NCBI RefSeq assembly: GCF_006345805.1 | Contig: NC_043000.1 | Coordinates: 162,936,001 to 163,000,000 of the forward strand | DNA length: 64,000 nt | Direction of reading: 5' to 3' | DNA from: Octopus sinensis | Lineage: Eukaryota | In this document: piece by piece, positions 12,600 through 24,196 of the stretch | Numbering within the stretch: the stretch's first letter is position 1 | How the letters are laid out: each line of letters starts with the position of its first letter | Made by a program: the position numbers and the translations under genes | Notes under the pieces: generated by a model | The model's database searches: none | Told to the model about the DNA's origin: nothing | Seen by the model: only the letters and a program-made list of their open reading frames with translations

Positions 12600-12995
12600 T
12601 CTTATATTCTTATATTTGTTTCAGTCATTTGACTGCGGCCATGCTGGAGCACCACCTTTTAGTCGAACAAATTGACCCCAGGACTTATTCTTTGTAAGCC
12701 TAGTACTTATTCTATCGGTCTCTTTTTGCCGAACTGCTAAGTTACGGGAACGTAAACACCCCAGCATCGGGTGTCAAGCGATATTGCTGGGGACAAACAC
12801 ACACAGACGCGCACACACATATATATATACACGACAGGCTTCTTTCAGTTTCCGTCTGCCAAATCCACTCACAAGGCTTTGGTCGGCCTGAGGCTATAGT
12901 AGAAGACACTTGCCCAAGGTGTCACGCAGTGGGACTGAACCCGGAACCATGTGGTTGGTAAGCAAGCTACTTACCACACAGCCACTCCTGCGCCT
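12600..12995 (-). mobile_element. OK-like CORE-SINE (octopus-type), full length
   Basis: Head aggcgcaggagtggctgtgtggtaag..ggttccgggttcagtccc, core accttgggcaagtgtcttctactatagcc, and 3' part ccagcatggccgcagtcaaatgactgaaac. Confidence 0.85.
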
Positions 12996-13464
12996 ATGTT
13001 GTATATTTTCTCTTGTATTTGCTTCTTCCTTGAATTTGAGTCTCAGTCGTCTTGTGAGCTCTTTACGCATGCGCGCGCAACCGAACACTAGTGTGCACAC
13101 AGTTGTGTATGTGTCTGTGCGTGCTACTTTATCTATCTGGTGTATGTGCATGTGTGTGTGTGTGCGTCTGTGTGTGTGAACAGGCAGCTTGAATAAAACC
13201 TACAAGGGAAATAAACGTAGAATAATAATGAAGAGTAGCCTCCCTTTAAAGAGTTTTGTTTTAATATGTTTATAGAAATTACAGTGTGCTGTGAATAAAT
13301 AAGATAAAAAGATTTTTAATGAATATACTGAGTCAAATCCGTAAATGTTTAATCTTGCTGTGAAGTAAAGCCTATGCAATCTCATGGCAATGACTATTAC
13401 TACAACCAACTGCCTTGCGCCAAAATTAGAAACCAGTAATTACGACTACAATCAAGATTATAAA

Positions 13465-14080
13465 TAATTAATCCTTTCTACTAGAGACACAAGGCCTGAA
13501 ATTTTGGGGATAGTCGACTGCATCGACGTCAGTACACAACTGGTACTTATTTTGTGGGCCCCAAAAGGATGAAAGGTAAAGTCGACCTCGGTGGAATTTG
13601 AACTCAGAATGTAAAGACGGATGAAATGCCACTAAGCATTTGCCCGGCGCGGTAACGATTCTTATTTTTTACTACCCACAAGGGGCTAAACACAGAGGGG
13701 ACAAACAAGGACAGACAAAGGGATTAAGTCGATTATATCGACCCCAGTGCGTAACTGGTACTTAATTTATCGACCCCGAAAGGATGAAGGGCAAAGTCGA
13801 CCTCGGCGGAATTTGAACTCAGAACATAACGGCAGACAAAATACCTCTGTCTTTACTACACACAAGGGGCTAAACACAGAGGGGACAAACAAGGACAGAC
13901 AAACGGATTAAGTCGAATTCATCGCCCCCAGTGCGTAACTGGTATTTAATTTATCGACCCCGAAAGGATGAAGGGCAAAGTCGACCTCGGCGGAATTTGA
14001 ACTCAGAACGTAACAGTAGACATAATACCGTTAAGCATATCGCCCGGCGTGCTAACGGTTCTGCCAGCTCACCGCCTTAG
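13465..14080 (-). mobile_element. Three Nin/Deu-type SINE units in tandem
   Basis: aaagtcgacctcggcggaatttgaactcagaa at about 13580, 13795 and 13978; two units share the aggggctaaacacagaggggacaaac tail. Confidence 0.85.
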
Positions 14081-15119
14081 GGTTATGAATAAATAATATT
14101 ATGAGATTATATACTTATGTATATCAGCTCGCCTGAAATTGCCCCTAATTCAATGATACAGGCTCACAGATTTAAAATGGTGTAGATTAAATCTTTCTAT
14201 CGAAGTTTCGTGTTCATTTGTTCCAAACACCAGCCAAATACTTTAACAGCAATTTCAGTATTTGAACAGAAATATGATAAACAAACGAATTAAGGTAATC
14301 ATTGTAATGCTACTAATGTACTATTATATAAATGAGATCCGATTCTTTTATAATTTAATAAAGGGTATTGCGCTGTTGGGTGAAGAGAATACGGTAAGCC
14401 TCGTAAGCTGAAAACTAGTAAAATCAGACCGTTAAATCGTCGTTCCAAGCAGACTTAAATCCATCGTGAGGCCTAAATTCACCTCGAGATTAAATACGTA
14501 TGGATATCAAACCGTATTTTTATTTTTTGCATATAAATAGTAATGAAATTACTCTTAGTATATTTAATGTAGCAAATATCATGAATTCAGTTATAGACAC
14601 TTATATAGTGATACTTATATTAGCTCAAAGACTAATATTTATAATCAATTAAGCGAAAAGAGGAGACAACTACTGACATGTTTCAGCTTTATCAGACCTT
14701 CTCAGCGAAGCATAACTTTCATTATATTTTCCGAAGTGCTGATGACAGAAGAACAAAATGTACAATATTGTGTACATACAAGCATGAAATAGACAACATG
14801 TATAAAAAAAAACTAAATAATTTATTATCTGAATGAAAGTGTTTATGTACCTCGGGGGCGAGAGCATGAGGATCGGTGAGCATCTCATTTGAACTGGTAC
14901 CAAGAACTATATTCCCTAATACACCATCATTAAAAGCGGTAAAGTATGATTTGAAGGAGATTTTGCTACCATTTCCAGGAGACCGAGTGACGATCTAAAT
15001 ACTTCTTTGTTGAAATCTGAGACCAGTCGACAGAAACAGATATCGACTTCAGTGCAAGGAAAATAGTCCTTTACAGAAATATAGCAACCAGATCAGACTA
15101 TTGATCACCTTTGCCAATA

Positions 15120-15285
15120 ATCGATTCTCTTTCTCTCCCTCTCCTTCTCTCCCTTTCTCTCTTTATTTCTCTCTCTCACTCTCCCTCTCTCTTTCTTTCT
15201 CTCTAGCTCCCTTCGCTCTCGCTCTCTCCCTCTGTCGATCACTCACTTTATCTATACTTTTTCTCTATCTATCTAGCAATCTATA

Positions 15286-15322
<37 letters not shown>

Positions 15323-15447
15323 CGCTCGCTTTGTCACCCCCTCTCTCTCTCTCTCTCTCTCTCTGTGGGTGGGGGGTCTGTCTGTCTGTCTATCTATCTA
15401 TCTAATCTATTTATCTGTCTGTCTATCTATCTATCTATCTATCTATG

Positions 15448-15497
<50 letters not shown>

Positions 15498-15520
15498 CCT
15501 AACTATTTATCTGTCAGTCT
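15120..15520. repeat. (CT)n and (TATC)n microsatellites
   Basis: Direct inspection. Confidence 0.95.
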
Positions 15521-16216
15521 ATCTCTTGAACAGTGCCCGTTCGTTTTAAGGGCAAGTGAGGTATGATTTACGAAGGGTTGTTTGGATACTTGATTGGCAG
15601 TACTGTCAGTATTTTGGTTACATGTAGAGTTATATTTACATTAATCCCATTATACAGACATTGACTACTTTTTGTCATTCAAACTAAATAGAACATACCT
15701 CGCTAAGTGAGTTTAATAAAACTAACCTTCTCTTGGAATTACCTCCTTTGATGTTTTACAAAAAAAATTAATACTCTTTCAAGAATTTGTTGTTTAGTAA
15801 TTGCTTCCATAGTCTCCGGTGAACGAAGCTTTTGTTCTCACTATATCACATTTTGAGTGTGGACATATATATTTAATAATATTGTATGTAAAATGCTCAT
15901 CTTAACCAAAGCCATGATTACTGATGAAATGGAAACTTAAAGAGACTCGCTCTTGTTTCATAATGGTTTTACTGCTTAGTGAGGCGAGTTCAGCCGATGC
16001 ATAGTAATAATTCCTATATTGACAAAATTAAGTCAATAGATATTGAGAAGTTTAACTATGTTATATAACACATACGCCTTTAAAGATTGGGCACTGAGAT
16101 TCATCATGTCACCATTAATCAAGCAGATCAAAGGTGTTCGAAAATGTCACTGTCAGAAAAATGTAGCATGCTATATATGTGTGCATATGTATGTCTGTTT
16201 GTACATATATAATATA

Positions 16217-16249
<33 letters not shown>

Positions 16250-16349
16250 CAAAATAAGCAACAAGGATATCCAGAAGTGATGCAGTACGATCGTTTCCTG
16301 CGGCTCGCATGAAACGATCGTATATCTGGATATCCTTGTTGCTTATTTG
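16250..16349. mobile_element. About 100-bp fold-back element (MITE-like) next to (TA)n
   Basis: Outer arms caaaataagcaacaaggatatccaga / tctggatatccttgttgcttatttg; inner stem tacgatcgtttc / gaaacgatcgta. Confidence 0.8.
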
Positions 16350-16438
16350 AGTATAATCACCTTATTTTGAATTGTATGGATAATACCATACTAAATTTTG
16401 GTGCCTTAACTTAAGTGCCATATTCATCTGAATCTCTC

Positions 16439-16471
<33 letters not shown>

Positions 16472-16576
16472 ATACAAATGTATATATATATATATATAAT
16501 ATTATATATATATATATATATATAATATATATAATATATAATATTATATATATTATATATATATATATATATGTAC

Positions 16577-16621
<45 letters not shown>

Positions 16622-16639
16622 TATGTATTCGCCATGCTT

Positions 16640-16830
16640 GACCGCTAAAGCTACAAGTTTTTGTTTTTCATTTTCTCTCTCTTTTTCTCTTATTCCTTTC
16701 TGTTGAAGACCACACGCTCGAAACGGGAAAGACTTTTCCCAGGTGTCAAACTAATACACCTGTTTGCTCTTCATACACCTGTCTTCGTCTTTTGTTTTCC
16801 TACAAATATCAACCATGTGTATATATGTAT
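16640..16830 (+). mobile_element. Penelope-like terminal repeat fragment with hammerhead-like motif
   Basis: ctgttgaagaccacacgctcgaaacgg at 16700-16726, homologous to the motif at 17390-17426. Confidence 0.6.
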
Positions 16831-17235
16831 ATGCATATGGATATATATGTGGGTGTACTGAATATATTTATACACACACACACATACATTGGCTTACAAA
16901 CGAAAGGAGCAGACATGGCTGTGTGGGAGGGAGTTTTTCCAACCACATGGTTCCAGCTTCAGTCCTACTGCATTGTACATTCAACAAGCGTCTTTTACTA
17001 TTACACAAAGCCAAGAGTGGATTTGGCGGACTGAAACCCGTGAAATGTATACACCACTTATATCTATCCATCCATCCATCCATCCATTCATATCATCCAT
17101 CCATCCATCCATACATACATACATACATACATACATACATAATACATACATACATACATACATACATACATACGTACATACGTACACACACGCACACACA
17201 CCCACACACACACATATATATATTATATATATATA

Positions 17236-17279
<44 letters not shown>

Positions 17280-17284
17280 TATAG

Positions 17285-18850
17285 ATATATAACGGGAAGC
17301 TTTATGAAAATAGACAAAGGACGAAGGCAGGTGGCAAACAAACAAACAATTGTATTAGTATGGCGCTCAGGAAATATAAATAAAACAAGTCTTTAACGTT
17401 TCGAGCCTACGCTCTTCAACAGAAGAGACACAGAGAGAAAAAAAACACAGAAAGAAGGAGAGAAAAAAAAATGCGTGCAGTAACTAACGAATCAACATGG
17501 CGATCTGATTTCGGCCAGAAGTCAAAGATCAAACATGAGACGCGAGAGCGAAATAAGGGGAGATAATAGGGTTGATAATAGGTTGAATGACCACCTATTA
17601 GTGCGTCTGGACGTGTGTATTTATAGGGTTGGTGTATGTATTAGTATGTATAAGGGTGTGGTGTGTGTGTGTGTGTGTATGAGAGAGTATTAGTGCGTAG
17701 GATAGGTCTGGACAGGCGTATGTATGGGGTTGGTGTATGTATTAGTATGTATTAGTATGTATTAGTACGTATTTAGTTGTATATATAATGTGTGTGGTGT
17801 GTATGAGAGAGTATAAGTGCGTATGTATAGGGTTGGTGTATGTATTAGTATGGCACATCATATATGATGTGATGTGTAAAGTCGTGTGGTGTAGTGAGGA
17901 GAAGGGGGGGGGGAAGAGGGGGATGGGGGAGGAGAGGGGAAGAGAGAGGAGAATGAAGGGAGGGGGAGGGGGGGGAGGGGGGGGGAGGAGAAAGGGGGGA
18001 GGGGGAGAGAGAAGGGGAGTGAGGGAGCAGAGGGAAGGGGAAGAGGGAAGGAGGAGGGGAGAAAGAGGGAAGAAAGGGAAGGGGGTAGGGGTGAAAGGAT
18101 GAAGGACTGAAGAAGTAGGGGTCGGGGGGGAAGATAGGTGAGGAGGGGGGATAGGGGGGTTAGATGAGGAGGGGGGAGAGTTGAGACCAAATGGCGTATA
18201 AGAGCGAAGAGAGAAGATTAATTCCTGTTCACGGCGCAAACGGGAATCCGGATGGCCTCTGTGTAAGGACAAACCGAACACAGATAGGTGTTGCAAGGAG
18301 TGACCGGTGGAGCGAAAATGGCGTGAGACCGGTGTGTCGTTCGCAAGGTGGATGTCACGAAGGTGTTCCGCGAACCGGTCAGCCAAGCGGCGTCCCGTTT
18401 GTCCGATGTACAAGGAATTGCAGAGAGAGCAGAGACGCAATAGATAATATTGCTGGAGGTGCAGGTGAAGGAGTGGATGATGGGATAGGGTCGATGGTGG
18501 GTGCTAGTCAGGCGGGTGGTGTTGGAGAGGTAAGGGCAAGTGCAGCAACGTGGGCGGGAGCAGGGGAACGAGCCGGGTTGGGGGGTAGGGTCAGGGAAGG
18601 AGCTATGGACCAAAAGGTCTCGAAGGTTGTGGGCTCGTTTGAAAGAGGGGAGGGGTCGGTTAGGGAACCGTAAATCTTCGAGTATAGTCCGCCCTTGAGC
18701 ATAATACGCAGGGGATTTTTAGGGGGCTGTACCTCTGAAAAACCTAAACCTTGTGTATAACGCCACCCCTTCTCTAACTGAGTAAGGAGTCTATATAACG
18801 TCCTTGGTTTGTAAAACTGTATACGGTAACGTCCTTTATTATATTGCATA
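17285..18850 (-). mobile_element. Penelope-like element (Neptune-type), 5'-truncated, GIY-YIG endonuclease plus terminal repeat
   Basis: GSFPCSRPRCCTC..FTCTSSNIIYC, then a frameshift to CSLCNSLYIGQTGRRLADRFAEH..REQELIFSL..PFGLN. A purine-rich insertion follows, then the terminal repeat with a hammerhead motif. Confidence 0.88.
17390..17426 (-). ncRNA. Minimal hammerhead-like motif, variant core CUGUUGA
   Basis: ctt CTGTTGA A GAGC gtag GCTC GAAA CGTT aaaga. Confidence 0.55.
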
Positions 18851-19135
18851 TAACATAATGCAAACGTGTAGCTCTTTTGTGCATTTTGTTTGCAGAAAAT
18901 AAAGAAATAACAGTAATAACAGTATAACGTTTAATAAATGTTGCTTACTGCAAGTTATGGACGATACTTGTATGACTTCATTGCTTTCAGGCTTAGCTTA
19001 AGGTATTTTCGCGCCCGACATCGCAAAATGTGTCTGAATAAACATTGCCGGACAGCAAATAGAGACTCGGACATTGGTTAGAAAATTTGACCTTTTATTT
19101 TGGGGGAAAAAGTGCGGATTATACTCGAGGATTTA

Positions 19136-19199
<64 letters not shown>

Positions 19200-19203
<4 letters not shown>

Positions 19204-19412
19204 CCTCGTGAGCACCGCCAGCAATTTTTTCCTCTGTCTTCCCTTCTCGGGATCTTTCCTTCTCCTTTGTTTCCGACGAAGAGCTCCGCTCGAAACGTTA
19301 AACCCTCCTTCTTCCCTTCTTTCCTGAGCTTCCAATAATACTTTATTTGTTCCACCTCCTCGCGTTGCTGTGTTTTTTTGTGTTTTTTTGTGTTTTCTTG
19401 TTTGGATTAACT
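19200..19412 (+). mobile_element. PLE terminal-repeat fragment with minimal hammerhead (19269-19303)
   Basis: gttt CCGACGA A GAGC tcc GCTC GAAA CGTT aaac: stems I and II and the palindromic ACGT stem III are present; core has U4C. Confidence 0.65.
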
Positions 19413-19426
19413 TATAATATATTTAT

Positions 19427-19552
19427 AAAGCACGATTTATTCGTGATCAGAGGAGTTCGATAACCGAGGTACTCCTGTGTATATATATATATATATATAC
19501 ACAGGAGTACCTCGGTTATCGAACTCCTCTGATCACGAATAAATCGTGCTTT
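19427..19552. repeat. Perfect 126-bp palindrome centred on (AT)9
   Basis: The 54-bp arm aaagcacgatttattcgtgatcagaggagttcgataaccgaggtactcctgtgt and its exact reverse complement. A diverged third arm lies at about 19637-19695. Confidence 0.93.
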
Positions 19553-19585
19553 TAAATACCACACACACACACCACACACACATAT

Positions 19586-19621
<36 letters not shown>

Positions 19622-20214
19622 ATATACATATATATAATGCACGATTTATTCGTAATGAGAAGTGTTCTACAATCGAGGTACTACTATGAATATATATTAG
19701 GTTATTAGGTGGGAATTTATAAATTTGAGCAAGCGAGCTGCTATGGGTGCCTATAAGGGAAGCAACTCTTACAAAGTATATAGGAAAATAAAGTTGCCTC
19801 CCTTGTCTAGGTAGAGTGTTATAATTTTATAATTTTTCAAGTGACAAATACCAGCCATCGTCCCTTAGGAAGTCTCTGCCCATCCTCTCTCTTTCTCTCT
19901 CTCTCTCTTCCTCTCTCTCCTCCCCTTCCCTCTCTTAATCGGTAGTGAAAAAAGATTTCTCACTCACAGAATTGTTCTTTCAGTCACTTGAAGCACTTCA
20001 AATTTTCACCGGATTATTTTTTTAAATGTAGTTTTGCAAGTTGATGACGGGGAGTTTTTGTTGTTCGTTCGTTTTGTCTTGTTTTGTTTTTCTATAAACT
20101 ACAGATAAAGAAATTATATCACTTTGAAACAAATCTGGTGGAAATTTGAAGTACTTCAATCGTTCGAAAATTCCACAAGACCCTTCTTCATTTACAAATC
20201 CATGAATCATATAT

Positions 20215-20420
20215 ATGTTTTTCTCTTTTATTATCTATTTCCTCCAGTCATTGGACTGCGGCCATACTGAGGCCTAAAGGGTTTCGTCGAACAAATGGAT
20301 CTCAATACTTATTTAATAACTTTGGTATTTATTCCATCGGTTTATTTTGCCGAACCGCTAGAAGACAGTGACCTCTGCAAACCAAAAACGGGTGTCACGG
20401 GAGGCAGAGGACAAACACAA
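20215..20420 (-). mobile_element. OK-like SINE 3' fragment
   Basis: cagtcattggactgcggccatactg..ttttgccgaaccgcta, as at 12620-12750. Confidence 0.7.
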
Positions 20421-20723
20421 ACACACGCACACCCAATTATATGTAACATGTATGTATGGCATTTATATGTATATATGTGTGTGTATACATGTATACACAC
20501 ATAGACACGCACACAGGTGTGTATGTATGTATGTATGTATTTATGGGTGGGTGGATGGATGGATGGATGGATGGATGCAAGCTTGCACGAATGCATGCTT
20601 GCATGTATGTATGTATATACGTCATTATTCAGTTAGGTTTTAAGATTTCTTGCAAATACGGCAAGAGCTGGTTTCTAACCTAGATCCAAAGCTTCCTCAT
20701 TGGAATTTTAACATCAACAAGGT

Positions 20724-20787
20724 ATGTATGTATGTATGTATGTATGTGTGTATATATGTATGTATGTATGTACGTATTGTATGTATG

Positions 20788-20826
<39 letters not shown>

Positions 20827-20909
20827 ATGTATGTATGTGTGTGTGTGTATGTATGTATGTATGTATGTATGTATGTATGTATGTATGTGTTTATGTATGT
20901 ATGTATGTA

Positions 20910-20942
<33 letters not shown>

Positions 20943-21268
20943 ATGTATGTATGTATGTATATGTATGTATGGTGTGTGTGTGTGTATGTATGTATGTATG
21001 TATGTATGTATGTATGTATGTATGTATGTATGTGTTTATGTATGTATGTATGTATGTATGTATGTATGTATGTATGTGTGTGTGTATGTATGTATGTATG
21101 TATGTATGATGTATGTATGTATGTATGTATGTATGTATGTATATGTGTGTGTGTAGTATGTATGTATGTATGTATGTATGTGTGTGTATGTATGTATGTT
21201 GTATGTATGTATGTAGTATGTATGTGTGTGTGTGTGGTGTGTGTGTGTGTATGTATGTATGTATGTAT
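20724..21268. repeat. (ATGT)n/(GT)n microsatellite
   Basis: Direct inspection. Confidence 0.97.
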
Positions 21269-21289
21269 TCTTTCTTTCTCTTTTTCTTA

Positions 21290-21900
21290 TCCGTTACCGG
21301 TCGACACGCATGAATACGAGAGCAATCTTTTTCTTCAATTTTATCTGCGTCATGTCTTAGAATTATAATCCTCTGGTATTCTTCTACTGCCTGTAGAATT
21401 AATCTTTAATCCTGTTCTAATTTTGTAGTACCCAGGAACATACAACTGCATCTTTGCTTGTAGTTAACCCTTGATCAAAAATTAGATATTTGTAGATGTC
21501 CGGGCTTAATTCATTTAATTTGAATTTTTCACACTCTCTGTTAATACGTAACGAAATCTTCGTCGTCTTTTTTCACCAAATTTTAACATTGCCAGCAAAG
21601 TACTGCACAGGGAGCTTCTTCACTGAAAAATTTTCGATAAAAAATTAATTTTTTCATCGAAACAAATCTCACCAGGTTTCTTCGGCAGAATATAGTTTCT
21701 ATATTTTTCGTGTTCGGCAGGGGATAACTTTCTTAAAAGTAAGACCAATTTTTACATTCTTCTTTGAAGATTTCTTCGTATCTTCGAAAATATGCCGAGA
21801 AGGTAATCATTACTTCTGGTTTATAACTTAATTCTTCAACTGAGTTTGCTACGCTGTCCGGCGAGTGCGAACCTAAAGTATTTTCAGATTTCTTCAACAT
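21290..21900 (-). pseudogene. Ty3/Gypsy gag remnant
   Basis: TFSAYFRRYEEIF..LLLRKLSPAEHEKYRNYILPKKP..KKDDEDFVTY..RECEKFKLNELSPDIYKYLIF..KLEQD; related to 43600-43990. Confidence 0.75.
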
Positions 21901-22344
21901 TAATTCCAACAATAGTTGGTTTTGTTGTTGTTGCTATTGTAGCTGCTGTTGTTATTGTTGTTGTTGCTGCTGTTGCAATTGCACCACGTTCTCCATATTA
22001 AACGACTGTTTCTTTGGTTTCGTACAAAAAAAAAATTAACGCCCATCGCAAGCTTCAAACAACTTGTCACCACTTCTACATCCTGGTGTTGATATATAGT
22101 TTAACGAAGGATAAATTAAGTACCAGTTACGCACTGGGGTCGATGTAATCGACTTAATCACTTTGTCTGTCCTTGTTTGTCTCCTCTGTGTTTAGCTCCT
22201 TGTGGGTAGTAAAGAAATATATATAATCTAACGAAGCAAGGTGGATGGGTGTCGGAATCCTTCCACAACAATTTGTGTGCTTATTTGGAAAACATTCGTC
22301 GAGAAAATGGACCTTTTATTCGAGAGAAGCGTAAAATACTTTTC

Positions 22345-22374
<30 letters not shown>

Positions 22375-22375
<1 letters not shown>

Positions 22376-22628
22376 CACGTGACACGTGATCACGTGGCCG
22401 ACCAGACTATCAGATGCTGTTACACATCGCTGGTCACAATGCGTTCGCATAGTTTTAGCCTTCGAATGACGCCACCCCGCTGGCTAAGCGAGCAGGCCAA
22501 CAGAAGAAAGATTGGGAGAAAGAGTGGTGTTTTCGCTCAATAAACACACACAACGCCCGGTCTGGGAATCGAAACCGCGATCCTGCGACCGCGAGTCCGC
22601 TGCCCTAACCACTAGGCCATTGCGCCTA
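22375..22628 (-). mobile_element. tRNA-derived SINE inserted in a (CATA)n array
   Basis: Head ggcgcaatggcctagtggttagggcagcggactcgcggtcgcaggatcgcggtttcgattccc matches the 8599 head; the 3' body is different. Confidence 0.85.
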
Positions 22629-23017
22629 CATACATACATACATACATACATACATACATACATACATACATACATACATGCATGCATACATACATACATA
22701 CATAATACATACATACATATATACATACATACATACATACATACATATACATACATACATACATACACACACACATACATACATACATACATACATACAT
22801 ACATACATACATACATACATACACACATACATACATACATACATACATACATACATACATACACACATACATACATACACACATACATACATACATACAT
22901 ACATACATACATAATACATACATACATATATACATACATATCATACATACATACATACAACATACATACGAATACATACATACATACATATACTACATAC
23001 ATATATACATACATACA

Positions 23018-23051
<34 letters not shown>

Positions 23052-23225
23052 CATACATACATACATACATATACATACATACATACATACATACATACAT
23101 ACATACATACATACATACATACATACATAATACATACATACATACATACATAACATACATACATACATACATACATACATACATAATTACGTACCTACAC
23201 CCATACACGTATACATACATACACA
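22629..23225. repeat. (CATA)n microsatellite
   Basis: Direct inspection. Confidence 0.97.
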
Positions 23226-23509
23226 TAATATCAATCAAACCCAAGTAATTCCGTATATTTCAGTAACAGCGGCTCCGATTCATCATTTTCAACTCATTAT
23301 CATAATTAATTTATGCATCTTTTGTTGAAAGACTGATTATGTTTATAGTTTCGTGTTTGGATGTTAAAGACAGAAGCAAACTTCAGATCAGTTTAATGTA
23401 CAGTAACACTTTCAAACAGGAAATAAGCGAAATCTATGTGTATATGTGTGTATATGTATATGTGTGTGTCAACGGCCATCCAATGAAGTGTTTGTTTTTT
23501 TTTTCTTAA

Positions 23510-23900
23510 GGCTTAAGGCTGTCTCATGCGCGGGGACATAGAAATAATCGGACTGAATACCCGATCGCACGGTTAAACCATTGGGAGTGAAGGACCCCTA
23601 GCCTTTGTTAGGGCATCCTTCTAGGAGAAGGTAACTCAGGTAACTGGGATAACTCCGACATAAAACCTGCGGCTCAGTGGTTACCGATGATGTTAATTTG
23701 TTCTTCTTTTCGAATTATGGCTGCTGTTGCTTAGTGAGTGCGATTGACTCAGTACACAGCCTTTCTTCACTTTAAAAAAAATCTTCTTGCACAGGCATTG
23801 CACGATAACAACATTGATTAATCTTCGTGCAATGGCCATACTCGATAACGAGGGGGCAGCCACCACCATGTATGTATGTATGTATGTATGTATGTATGCA
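23510..23900 (+). mobile_element. Non-autonomous retroposon with (ATGT)n tail, possibly RTE-derived
   Basis: A second, inverted copy lies at 39818-40110. The motif ctaggagaaggtaactc resembles RTE 5' UTRs (from recall). Ends gagggggcagccaccaccatgtatgt. Confidence 0.6.
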
Positions 23901-24196
23901 TATGAGAAGGTTCATTAGACAAGTATCTTCTACTATAGTCCAGGACCGATCAGTACCTTTGAGTGAATTTAGTAGATGAGAACTTTGAGGAAGCCCATCG
24001 TTTATATGTGTGTGTGAGTGTGTGTGTGTGTGCGCGCGAGTTCATCCATTTGTGCTAGCTCCCTTACTCCTCTCCGACTGACAGCTTGTGTTGGTTTGTT
24101 TACGTCTCCGTAACTCAGAAATTCGCCAAAAGAGTCCGATAGAATAAGTTCTTCACTTAAGAACATAAGTCCTAGGAGCGATTTGTTAGACTAGAC

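Noticed and set aside
17900-18185. G-rich tracts (also 10330-10500, 27170-27215) as regulatory G-quadruplexes; proline-rich ORF extensions
   Set aside because: Low-complexity purine tracts within or near repeats; nothing in the sequence supports a function.
20650-23244. Long ORFs such as MYVCMYVC.. and HTYIHTYI.., also at 27663-28018, 39647-39945 and elsewhere
   Set aside because: Translations of (ATGT)n, (GT)n, (TA)n and (TAA)n microsatellites; no coding evidence.
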